From positions 256,001 through 320,000 of the forward strand of contig CAXXHB010000003.1 in assembly GCA_963664815.2 (NCBI GenBank): DNA of 64,000 bases, written 5' to 3'. The notes under the pieces are model-generated. The model searched no databases, was not told where the DNA came from, and was given only the letters and a program-made list of their open reading frames with translations. Origin of the DNA: Spirochaetota bacterium (GTDB lineage Bacteria > Spirochaetota > UBA4802 > UBA5550). Position 1 is the stretch's first letter. Every line of letters starts with the position of its first letter. The position numbers were made by a program, and so were the translations under genes. Below, piece by piece: positions 9,585 to 18,796 of this stretch.

Positions 9585-10247
9585 TCAGCATAAAACTGAA
9601 AGCGCTATAAGAAACTGACCTGGCGCGTAGAAGAACCATACATAGAGAGTTGTAAATTTATAATATTTTACAAATTGAGTCCACCCGAGGATGGCATCAG
9701 AGATATAGAATAAAATAGCCCCTCCAGCCCTGAGTAAAGTAACCTGATTCCCGTTTTGCAGTACACCGTTAAGCGAGAAAAAAACTGTAAGCGAAAGGGT
9801 AGTGACATATATGATTACAGGTGCCATCATTGTGCCGAGGTTCCCCGCTTTGTGGAATTTATAAACAAGAAAAGCCATAATAGACAGAAGAATAACTCCG
9901 GTCAGGATATCGCTCCACAGAAACCGGTATCCTTCAGAAAATACAATTATATACAGAATGTGTGTTCCAAGAAAGAATATCAGTCCGTGAGCAAATAAAT
10001 TCTTATCTTCTATCATTAGTACTGCATCCGCAATAAGGGAAAGGCCAAGTGCCGCCAGAAGCATCCATACCTTACCGGTGCAATTCCTGTAAATCCCGGC
10101 TGCCGCAATTCCGCAGATAAAATATGTTATGAGAGGTGTGGTTATAAGGCGTATAAATTTTTTTTTAAAAATAACAGAAACTTGCCTGATAGTGAAAACA
10201 ATAGTAAGGCAGCATATTAAAATTATGGCTGATTGAGGTATATTCAT
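9585..10247 (-). CDS. YhhN family (lysoplasmalogenase-like) membrane hydrolase
   Basis: SLIADAVL, GLIFFLGTHILY, GAILFYISD, YAPGQFLIA motifs; 8-TM pattern. Confidence 0.85.
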   Translation of the reverse strand: MNIPQSAIILICCLTIVFTIRQVSVIFKKKFIRLITTPLITYFICGIAAAGIYRNCTGKVWMLLAALGLSLIADAVLMIEDKNLFAHGLIFFLGTHILYIIVFSEGYRFLWSDILTGVILLSIMAFLVYKFHKAGNLGTMMAPVIIYVTTLSLTVFFSLNGVLQNGNQVTLLRAGGAILFYISDAILGWTQFVKYYKFTTLYVWFFYAPGQFLIALSVLC

Positions 10248-10483
10248 ATTTTAATCCTCATTTTTTATATTATTATATTATGCCGATATATTGCTGTCAA
10301 TGGAGTTTCGAGACTATACCCTTATTATAGTAATTTTATTTCAGAAAGTATTCTTAAATTCTTCAGTTTTATTTCTGTTTGCTGCTTTAATTTAACGAAA
10401 TTTAAATACTTGACGTATGCTAACCCTGCCTGCACTTATTATATAGTAGTTTAAAATTGTAAACTTTGGATTGATTATTTGCT

Positions 10484-10660
10484 ATGACAATAGACGAATG
10501 TAAGAAATGTAATTATCACAGAAACTATGTGAATGGCGCTGTTCATTGTGGATTTGATAAAAATATAGTAAGCATGGCTGCAGTATTAAATCCAAAACTT
10601 AAAGAGTATGTTTTACTTTCATGCCCAAAAGAAAAAATTAAAAAAAGTAGCGGTATTTAA
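10484..10660 (+). CDS. Small Cys/His-rich hypothetical protein (58 aa, below the ORF-track cutoff)
   Basis: MTIDECKKCNYHRNYVNGAVHCGFDKNIVSMAAVLNPKLKEYVLLSCPKEKIKKSSGI; CxxCxxH...C...CP pattern; fills an otherwise empty intergenic gap. Confidence 0.55.
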   Translation: MTIDECKKCNYHRNYVNGAVHCGFDKNIVSMAAVLNPKLKEYVLLSCPKEKIKKSSGI

Positions 10661-10967
10661 TAACCATATAACCTGAATCGTACTATCCATCTCAATCTTC
10701 TAATACAATTCACTTTTTGGAAAATCATTTAAATTTCAGTTGGACAGGGCTAGAGGTAAATTCAGATCACCTGAAATAGCAAAAAAAATAATTAGAAAAA
10801 AAGTATATTAATTTGTTTTGTCCTCAGATCATTCAGAGAAAGTTCCATTCACTTTATCATAATAAAAGTTCACCATAAAAAATGTTGACTTTCAGTTATT
10901 TATAATGTCATTTTTAATCACCAGATATAGCCATTTAAAAAATATATTTTAAGCAGGTAAAATTAAA

Positions 10968-11312
10968 ATGATAACTATTCCGAAATTTAAATTTTATATT
11001 TTTGCATTAATAATTGAGTGGATTTTATTTTTTTTTATTGGTATGAATTTAATCAGTCGCCGAATGGACTTTATATTTCTTTTCTTTATGTTAGCTTATC
11101 CGGTATTTTTCATTGCAGGATATAAAACCTTGACACAAATCACAATTGATAAAATGAAAATTATATTAGCACCGAAATTTGAGAAGTTTATTACTGATAA
11201 ACTTAAAATTAACATTATCAAAACTGAATCGGAAAAAGAAGAACGCTTTGCTGAGGCTTTTTTTATACTGACTTTTTTTCTTTTTATAGTTGGTTTTTTA
11301 ATGGCATTATAA
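10968..11312 (+). CDS. Hypothetical 3-TM membrane protein
   Basis: 114-aa ORF, three hydrophobic segments, very AT-rich. Confidence 0.6.
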   Translation: MITIPKFKFYIFALIIEWILFFFIGMNLISRRMDFIFLFFMLAYPVFFIAGYKTLTQITIDKMKIILAPKFEKFITDKLKINIIKTESEKEERFAEAFFILTFFLFIVGFLMAL

Positions 11313-11660
11313 TTGTTACTAATTATCTCAGCTATACTCTAAAATTTTATATTTCCTTGTTTCAGTGTCCTTAAAAAAGAAGGTTAAAATTTAAAATATC
11401 TCTATGTTAAGAAAAACATGGATGGTCAGTTTCCTGATTATATACAGGGAACAATAGAACCTCAATGAGACTTCTTTCCAACAAATACACCTCACTTTAG
11501 CGGTAAAGAATTTCCGTTTTTTCAGGCTACAATGGCAGCTATCGGTCTATCTTTTTTAAAGCAGAATTCCACGTTGATTTTTCCCGGTTAATGAATTTAT
11601 ACTAAACACTCTAAAAACTGATATAAATAACTTGACATGAATAGCGTTTCTTTATTGTAT

Positions 11661-11688
11661 AACTATATAAGGATATATTGATATAGTT
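11661..11688. promoter_or_regulatory. Putative SahR operator overlapping the RBS
   Basis: AACTATAT-aaggatatattg-ATATAGTT inverted repeat directly before ATG 11689; TTGACA at 11632-11637. Confidence 0.65.
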
Positions 11689-12606
11689 ATGGCGACTGTT
11701 AATTATTTTAAAGCTCTTTCCGACGAGACCAGGCTCAGAATTTTAAACATGCTGAGTAAAAAAGAGCTTAATGTAAATGAAATTGTGTACATACTTAAAA
11801 TGGGCCAGTCGAGAGTTTCAAGGCATCTGAAAATACTTTCCGACTCTTCACTTATTTCCTCAAGGAAAGACGGATTATGGGTATTCTACAAAGCCTGTGA
11901 CAGTGATTTTCCAGGTGATCTGATAAGGCTTATTAAAATCCCTTTGAAAGATGAAGAACAGTTTTCATTGGATATTATCCATCTTGATAAGTATATTAAA
12001 GAACGCGGTGAAAAAGGAAAAGAATATTTTAACAGAATCGCCTCTGACTGGAAAAAAATAAGAGGTGAGATCCTGGGTGAACTGAACCTTAATTCAGAAA
12101 TAGCAAAAACTGCCGGGAAATGCAGTTGTGCCGCTGATCTCGGATGCGGTAACGGTGAACTGGTGAAACTGCTGCTTTCAAAATGTGAAAAGGTTATTGG
12201 GGTAGACCATTCGCCGGCGATGCTTGATGAAGCCGGAAGATACCTCAATTCCATCGGGATATCAGCGCCTGATCTCAGACTCGGAGAACTTGCCCATCTG
12301 CCGGTGCGGGATGGTGAAACTGATTGTGCGGTGATAAACATGGTGCTTCATTATCTTGATGATCCATTAACTGCAATTGAGGAGGCGTACAGAATAATCG
12401 AAAGCAGTGGGAAGCTTGTTGTAGCAGAGCTTGAAAGTCATGGAGATGAGTCTTTAAGAAGCATCTACGGACACAGGTGGCTCGGTTTTTCTCCGGAGAC
12501 TGTTAAGGAGTGGCTTAGCCGCAGCGGCTTTATTTATAAAAGATCCAGAAGTTTTCATGCAGCAATGGGGCTTGTTGTCAGAATATATGTTTCAGAAAAA
12601 AAATGA
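11689..12606 (+). CDS. sahR: ArsR HTH plus SAM-methyltransferase-domain regulator (SahR-like)
   Basis: FKALSDETRLRIL...QSRVSRHLKIL ArsR domain; ADLGCGNG SAM-binding motif; directly upstream of ahcY. Confidence 0.85.
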   Translation: MATVNYFKALSDETRLRILNMLSKKELNVNEIVYILKMGQSRVSRHLKILSDSSLISSRKDGLWVFYKACDSDFPGDLIRLIKIPLKDEEQFSLDIIHLDKYIKERGEKGKEYFNRIASDWKKIRGEILGELNLNSEIAKTAGKCSCAADLGCGNGELVKLLLSKCEKVIGVDHSPAMLDEAGRYLNSIGISAPDLRLGELAHLPVRDGETDCAVINMVLHYLDDPLTAIEEAYRIIESSGKLVVAELESHGDESLRSIYGHRWLGFSPETVKEWLSRSGFIYKRSRSFHAAMGLVVRIYVSEKK

Positions 12607-12738
12607 TATTTTCCATTATCTCCGAAGATGGCAAATTGGAAATTCATGTTTCAAATGGAGATAAGGCTGTAACAGAATGTTTAGTTAAAAAGTCTTCATG
12701 ATTAACGGGAGAGGACAGAAATTATAACAAGGAGAAAA

Positions 12739-14187
12739 ATGATGAGCATTAAAATGTCAAACGAAGATCTTAAAAATCTTGATTCAAAATTGCCGTATAA
12801 AGTTGCGGATATAAGCCTGGCTGACTGGGGAAGAAAGGAGATAGAACTTGCCGAGGTGGAAATGCCCGGACTCATGTCTGTGAGGGAAAAATACGGGAAG
12901 ACCAAGCCTCTTAAGGGGCTGAAAGTTGGCGGCAGTCTTCATATGACAATACAAACGGCGGTTCTTATTGAAACTCTGTCAGCTCTGGGTGCTGAAGTAA
13001 GATGGGCATCATGCAATATTTTTTCAACGCAGGATCATGCGGCGGCAGCAATTGCTAAAACAGGAAAAACTGCTGTTTTTGCATGGAAGGGAGAATCACT
13101 TGAAGAGTACTGGTGGTGTACAGAGATGGCGCTGACATGGCCGGATGGAAGCGGCCCGGATCTGCTTGTAGATGACGGAGGGGACGCTACACTCTTTATT
13201 CATTACTGCCATAAGGCCGAAAGAGATGTGAAGTTTCTTGATCAGAAGGTTGATCATAAGGAGATGCAGATAATTCTGGATCGTATTAAAGAATGCGTTA
13301 AAAAACATCCTGTTAGATGGACTGAAAATGTTAAGAAAATACGCGGTGTGTCAGAGGAGACAACAACCGGTGTTCATAGATTATACCAGATGGAGAAAAA
13401 CGGCGAGCTTCTTTTTCCTGCGATAAATGTTAACGATTCTGTTACAAAGTCTAAATTTGACAACCTTTACGGATGCCGTGAGTCTTTGGCTGACGGGATT
13501 AAGAGAGCCACAGATATAATGGTTGCCGGAAAAATCGTAGTTGTTTGTGGATACGGCGATGTCGGAAAGGGATGTGCCCAGTCCATGAAATGGTTTGGCG
13601 CCCGGGTTCTTGTCACAGAGATTGATCCAATCTGCGCCCTCCAGGCTGCTATGGAGGGTTATGAGGTGACTACAATGGAAAAGGGGGCTCCTGTCGGTGA
13701 TATCTTTGTTACAACAACAGGTAATAAAGATGTTATAACAGGGACACATATGGAGAAAATGAAAGATAATGCAATTGTCTGCAATATCGGTCACTTTGAC
13801 AGTGAAATCGCGATGCATTATCTTGAATCAAATAAAAACTGTAAAAAGGTTACAATCAAACCGCAGGTTGACAGGTGGACTCTGGAGTCGGGAAGATCAA
13901 TTATTGTACTGGCAGAAGGAAGACTGGTGAACCTGGGATGTGCTACAGGACACCCCAGCTTTGTAATGAGCAATAGTTTCACTAATCAGACTCTTGCGCA
14001 GATTGAACTTGCCGGTAAAAAGCATGAAAACAAAGTATTTACCCTGCCGAAAATACTGGATGAAGAAGTTGCAAGGCTTCATCTTGAAAAGCTTGGTGTT
14101 AAGCTAACCAGGCTTACAAAAGAACAGGCTGTATATATAGATGTCCCGGTAAACGGCCCATATAAACCGGATCATTACAGGTACTAG
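12739..14187 (+). CDS. ahcY: Adenosylhomocysteinase
   Basis: [60 protein letters not shown]; AAGGAG SD. Confidence 0.98.
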   Translation: MMSIKMSNEDLKNLDSKLPYKVADISLADWGRKEIELAEVEMPGLMSVREKYGKTKPLKGLKVGGSLHMTIQTAVLIETLSALGAEVRWASCNIFSTQDHAAAAIAKTGKTAVFAWKGESLEEYWWCTEMALTWPDGSGPDLLVDDGGDATLFIHYCHKAERDVKFLDQKVDHKEMQIILDRIKECVKKHPVRWTENVKKIRGVSEETTTGVHRLYQMEKNGELLFPAINVNDSVTKSKFDNLYGCRESLADGIKRATDIMVAGKIVVVCGYGDVGKGCAQSMKWFGARVLVTEIDPICALQAAMEGYEVTTMEKGAPVGDIFVTTTGNKDVITGTHMEKMKDNAIVCNIGHFDSEIAMHYLESNKNCKKVTIKPQVDRWTLESGRSIIVLAEGRLVNLGCATGHPSFVMSNSFTNQTLAQIELAGKKHENKVFTLPKILDEEVARLHLEKLGVKLTRLTKEQAVYIDVPVNGPYKPDHYRY

Positions 14188-14230
14188 GACTGAGATCTGA
14201 TCAGGGAAAAATCTTAACAATTCAGCTGTG

Positions 14231-14280
14231 CTCCCCGGAGGTGGTCTTAATATGAAATTTAAGAACCCATATCCGGGGAG
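14231..14280. terminator. Long imperfect hairpin between convergent genes
   Basis: CTCCCCGGA...TCCGGGGAG outer stem with inner TCTTAA/TTAAGA pairing. Confidence 0.6.
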
Positions 14281-14288
14281 ATTTAACT

Positions 14289-14837
14289 TCAGTAAAACTT
14301 CACCTCTTTATCAGCTATAAAAAGCTTTGAAATAGCGCTTTCACCATTTTCAGAGATTGAAACTTCAACAGAAACATTCTTCAGATTCTCTTCAATTATT
14401 TTTCCCTCTTTTTGAGGAACAAAATAGCTTTCAACTCCATATTTTACCTGCAATGTGTTTCCTGCGTTTTCAACTCTCCCTTTTATTACCAGTGGATAGA
14501 TTTTTTTAAGTTCGTCAATATTTTCCGAAACAGCTGCTGCTGTATAAAACCTGCTGTCGGGTCTGGTTTTAAGAGCTACAAAAATTTCTTTTTTTTCAAG
14601 GATGCCGGTATTTTTAATATTTGATTTGGTAATTATATCTTCGGTTATCATAGAAATGTCATAGTTCAGAATTACATAATCCCCGCTGAATAGAGATCGT
14701 GGATCAATGGGCTGGCATTTTAAAAGAACTTTGTTCCCATGGGCAAGGAGAATCTCCTGTTTTGAAATCATGAACCCGAGAACTGCTAACTGAGCAGCTA
14801 CAATTAAAGGGAATAAAATTTTCTGGTATGTTTTCAT
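14289..14837 (-). CDS. GDYXXLXY domain protein
   Basis: PIDPRSLFSGDYVILNYDIS and YGVESYFVP; N-terminal TM; overlaps the DUF2157 gene by 4 nt. Confidence 0.9.
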   Translation of the reverse strand: MKTYQKILFPLIVAAQLAVLGFMISKQEILLAHGNKVLLKCQPIDPRSLFSGDYVILNYDISMITEDIITKSNIKNTGILEKKEIFVALKTRPDSRFYTAAAVSENIDELKKIYPLVIKGRVENAGNTLQVKYGVESYFVPQKEGKIIEENLKNVSVEVSISENGESAISKLFIADKEVKFY

Positions 14838-17242
14838 CTGTTTGCCTCCCCGTGACCTGCTGTATTATCTGAAGCAGTTTCAATAACCTCTGTGAGATCT
14901 TTGCGTTTTTTCTCCAGAATATAACCCCCTGCCAGTCCAATTATTCCCGTAGTAATGAAGAGAAGCGATCCGGAAAACATATCCCAGAAGAGATCGAAGT
15001 ACCGTGTGAATACATGAAGAATAATTCCACCTGTAGCAAAGTTAAGTATTATTTTGGACTGGATTATTGAGCTGTAGTACATGTAAACTGCGGATGTTAT
15101 TAAGAGCAGCAGGTTAAATGTCACAGAATAAATTTCCCAGGGGACATCTGGTCCTGCGGTGAACAACGTAATTCCTGAAGAGACGAATATTATAAGTGAG
15201 AGGTAAAGTATTATTCTTCTTCCATTTACTTTCCTGAATAAGACAATATATAGTATAACGGACAGAATAACGAATATAAGTGTCATTTTAATAACAATTG
15301 ATTCGGCATTGAAAATTGAGTTCTGTGCTTCAATCCTGAATGATGCAAGATAAATAGTAAGCCATACTCCTGCAGCGCAGACAGCATCAATCACACCTGA
15401 CGGGAAGAAGATCCCCCTGCCGGAGAGAAGTTCGTAGACTAGTCTGTTTAAAAGAAAGCATACAGTTACAAATAGAATGAATCCTGTCAGATATGCAAGC
15501 TTGAACTCCGGATTAAGCGCGGAGTAAGAAATAAATCCTGCGCCTTTTATGATTAATAGGATAGTGGAGAAAAAGAACGCAAAGAATCTTTCGAATGATT
15601 TATCCGCATGAACTGAAAATGAATAATAAAGAAGAATAAAGATGAATCCCGTTGCGGCAAGGTGCAGACTGATCATTCTTGTTGCTGTATGGTTAAACGG
15701 CAGGAAGAAAACCAGTACTGGGAAAAGAATTACCGGAAGAACCAGTTGTATTTTTTCCCGTTTGTTATTAAGAAGAATGAGAAATCCGAAAGATGCAAGA
15801 ACTAGAACAATATATTCCATTGAATGGAATTTTACATCTCCAAAATTCATCAGAAGAGGAAGATCCTGCATGTTAAGCGGCCATGATATAGCGACAAACG
15901 GGATTAGAAATGAAAACCATCCGAAAACTGTAAAAACTCTTCCTGCGCTTTTAATTACCGGGTGTCCGGAGAGATATTTACCCGCTGTAACCAGCAACGC
16001 AGCAAATGGAAACTGGAGCATAATAATCAGATAGAAAACAGTGTTCACCGGTGTATCAACGGGCATCAGTTTTATAGTCGGGATATAGTAATAATATATG
16101 AGCGAACCTGCTGTGAGCGCAATTCCCGTATCGTCCTTCTCTATGTAGAAAAATACGGAAAGTGTCAGCACCGGAATGATATATCCGTACGCAGGGGAAG
16201 ATGATGTTATGCTCCATATGAAAAACAGGATGGCAGAGAGGTAGTATCCTGTTTTGTCATGCGAAATTGCCGAAGCAGCGAGTATAGCGGATGCCCATGT
16301 TATAATGCACCAGGATGTATCATGTTGAAAACTATCTATAATAAAAATCGGAATAAAATATATAATCCATCCGGTGATTGAAAGGATAATCCCGGCGTAA
16401 TTAAGATCGGGTGTTTTTTTTATTTTTTTCCCTGTATTCTGCATCAGGGAACCAATAGCTATGAAACCGGCAATCAGTATATAACCGGCAGGCCCGTCTT
16501 TTGAATAGAGATCTATCCAGTAGAATGAAATCTGTAAGAACCATAAAGCAAAAATGAGTGCCGATGCTGTTATACCCCTCCGGTCCTTTTCACTCCAGCT
16601 CAGCCATCCGAAAAGAAGTAAAGGAAGAAAAAAGAAATAACCTGAATTGCCGAAAAATGAGTACTCCCATATGTCCCATATTATGAAAAGCAGCATTGAA
16701 ATGTAGAGTCCGGATTTCTCACGCATAAGAGCTGAAATAGCAAAAGCGCCGATCCCCCACGCAAGGAGTCCGTTTGTTGGGTGGGAACTAATATGGTAAA
16801 TCTGCGCAACAAGCATAATACCGGTACCGTAGGAGATTATTCCCAGGACGAGAAGTGATTTTCCTACAAGGGAGAATTTTCTCTCCACCTGAAGAAACCA
16901 GTATGAACCACTGTAGAGACCGGTAATCAGAATAAAAATCTGGACAAGTTTAAAAACAGGCGGCATCTTCCGCCAGTTGGAGGCATAAAAGATTATTAAT
17001 CCTATCGCAAGGCAGAGTGTGGCCAGTCCTATGATCATTCTCGATAGATTAATACTTTCCCTGACATGGGAAATTTCAATATTCAGTTCTTTTGTCTCAG
17101 AAATATTTTTCTTCTCAGCCGGAGCAGGTACCCGGTAATACTGTTCAATACGATTCTGCTGTTCGGATGTAATTAACCCAAGATTAACCCAATCCGTTAA
17201 TTCTTTAAAAAGCTGCTGGATAAAGCGGGCGTTTTTTATCAT
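14834..17242 (-). CDS. Large DUF2157-family polytopic membrane protein
   Basis: W..LGLITSEQ, GLIIFYASNW, LVAQIYHI motifs; C-terminal RYFDLFWD...SLLFI; canonical partner of GDYXXLXY. Confidence 0.88.
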   Translation of the reverse strand: MIKNARFIQQLFKELTDWVNLGLITSEQQNRIEQYYRVPAPAEKKNISETKELNIEISHVRESINLSRMIIGLATLCLAIGLIIFYASNWRKMPPVFKLVQIFILITGLYSGSYWFLQVERKFSLVGKSLLVLGIISYGTGIMLVAQIYHISSHPTNGLLAWGIGAFAISALMREKSGLYISMLLFIIWDIWEYSFFGNSGYFFFLPLLLFGWLSWSEKDRRGITASALIFALWFLQISFYWIDLYSKDGPAGYILIAGFIAIGSLMQNTGKKIKKTPDLNYAGIILSITGWIIYFIPIFIIDSFQHDTSWCIITWASAILAASAISHDKTGYYLSAILFFIWSITSSSPAYGYIIPVLTLSVFFYIEKDDTGIALTAGSLIYYYYIPTIKLMPVDTPVNTVFYLIIMLQFPFAALLVTAGKYLSGHPVIKSAGRVFTVFGWFSFLIPFVAISWPLNMQDLPLLMNFGDVKFHSMEYIVLVLASFGFLILLNNKREKIQLVLPVILFPVLVFFLPFNHTATRMISLHLAATGFIFILLYYSFSVHADKSFERFFAFFFSTILLIIKGAGFISYSALNPEFKLAYLTGFILFVTVCFLLNRLVYELLSGRGIFFPSGVIDAVCAAGVWLTIYLASFRIEAQNSIFNAESIVIKMTLIFVILSVILYIVLFRKVNGRRIILYLSLIIFVSSGITLFTAGPDVPWEIYSVTFNLLLLITSAVYMYYSSIIQSKIILNFATGGIILHVFTRYFDLFWDMFSGSLLFITTGIIGLAGGYILEKKRKDLTEVIETASDNTAGHGEANR

Positions 17243-17484
17243 TGATAGTCTGCTCCGGCATTAGTGTTAAGGGATCTTATTATCCCCGGACTTGAAACTA
17301 CTATTATTAGTGCCGGTTTTTTAATAATATGTCAATTAAAAATATATTCAGAGCTCCGGACACTCTTATAATGCAATATCTGATAATGATAAGGTATAAA
17401 GTGAAGCATATCAATATTCCGGAGAGAGCAATGTTATACTAATAATTATTGACAGGTGTGACTGTATAACTATTGTATACCGCT

Positions 17485-18729
17485 ATGGAAATCAAAACAG
17501 CACAGAAAACATCAGTACTGAAAAAACTCCCCATCTTCAACGGACTGTCTGACAGCGATCTTAGTCTTGTTGCCCCTATCCTGAAACTTGTAAGTTTTAA
17601 ATCTGGGGAAGCGGTCATTCATGAAGGTGAAATTGGCGATTCACTGTACATAATACGAAACGGGTCTGTCGAAGTCTGCAAAACTATCGGAGATGGTGAA
17701 GAGGTCAGCCTGGGAGCTTTGCCGGCGGGTTCATATTTCGGGGAGCTTTCACTGTTTGACGAGCATCCGCGTTCTGCAACTGTAAAGACTCTTGAGGATA
17801 CAGATTTTTTCACTCTTTCTCGTGATGATCTCCTTAAGTCGCTTCATGGACATTATGAATTTGAAAGCATACTGTACCGTAACACCATGATGGAGACATT
17901 CAGTCGGTTCAGAAAAGTTACTACAAATTTTACATTTTCACAGCATCACCTCAGATCGCGTAATGAAATAATTAATGAGATTAACAGAGATCTGAAAACG
18001 GCGACCGAGATTCAGGGTTTCTTTATTCGAGCCGAGGATGACGATGAAATAAATTCCCGGTACGGAATAAACCGTTCCTTTGTTTATCTTCCCTCAAAAG
18101 CAATAGGTGGAGATTTCATCAGTATTATAAATGATAAAGATGGGAATATATGCGCGATTATTGCCGATGTGGAGGGACATGGAATTAGCGCGTCTCTTGT
18201 GACCGGTCTTCTTAAAAGCGCTTTTTCATTTCTTGCCGAGGTATATGGGAACAAGCCGGATGTTTTTATGTCACAATTGAACAGGCACCTGTTCAAAATG
18301 CTGAACAGGCTTTATGCAACATGTTACTTCGCTTATATAAATGTTAAAGAAAATACAGTGAGCTTTGCAAAAGCAGGACATCATCACCCGCTGTTCTGGC
18401 GTGAAAGTGAGAAAAGGTTTGAGTCAATAGAAGTTCCTGGTCCGCTTCTTGGCCTGCTTGAAGAGGCGGAATTCGGCGTAGAAACGTACATTCTGAGTCC
18501 GGGTGATAAAATTCTTTTTTTTACCGATGGTATAATTGAGGAGAAGAACAGCGATTCCATAATGTTCGGGGTTGATCAGCTTAAAAAATATTTCAGGGAA
18601 GCTATATCAAAAAAAACGGATCCCATAATTGATCATCTGATTGTTGAACTTAACAGTTTTACACAGAAAGATACTTATGATGACGATATAACAATTCTCC
18701 TTTATGAATTCGATGAACCGTCATCATAA
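17485..18729 (+). CDS. cNMP-binding domain plus PP2C/SpoIIE (RsbU-like) phosphatase
   Basis: FGELSL...PRSATV cNMP cassette; IGGDF, IADVEGHG, FFTDG, DDIT phosphatase motifs; ATG 17485 preferred over TTG 17473. Confidence 0.92.
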   Translation: MEIKTAQKTSVLKKLPIFNGLSDSDLSLVAPILKLVSFKSGEAVIHEGEIGDSLYIIRNGSVEVCKTIGDGEEVSLGALPAGSYFGELSLFDEHPRSATVKTLEDTDFFTLSRDDLLKSLHGHYEFESILYRNTMMETFSRFRKVTTNFTFSQHHLRSRNEIINEINRDLKTATEIQGFFIRAEDDDEINSRYGINRSFVYLPSKAIGGDFISIINDKDGNICAIIADVEGHGISASLVTGLLKSAFSFLAEVYGNKPDVFMSQLNRHLFKMLNRLYATCYFAYINVKENTVSFAKAGHHHPLFWRESEKRFESIEVPGPLLGLLEEAEFGVETYILSPGDKILFFTDGIIEEKNSDSIMFGVDQLKKYFREAISKKTDPIIDHLIVELNSFTQKDTYDDDITILLYEFDEPSS

Positions 18730-18796
18730 TTTATTAACTGACTGGAAATAATGGGTGTTGACGAATAAAGATATTGTTTCCCTGATCCGGATTTTT

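Noticed and set aside
11461-11590. Minus-strand fragment KDRPIAAIVA*...GVFVGK, reminiscent of a Phd/YefM antitoxin
   Set aside because: Several in-frame stops, no start codon and no toxin neighbour; the similarity is too short to support.
12607-12738. SAH/SAM riboswitch between sahR and ahcY
   Set aside because: Only a TTATCTCC/GGAGATAA stem; no conserved riboswitch core, and a protein regulator already explains control.
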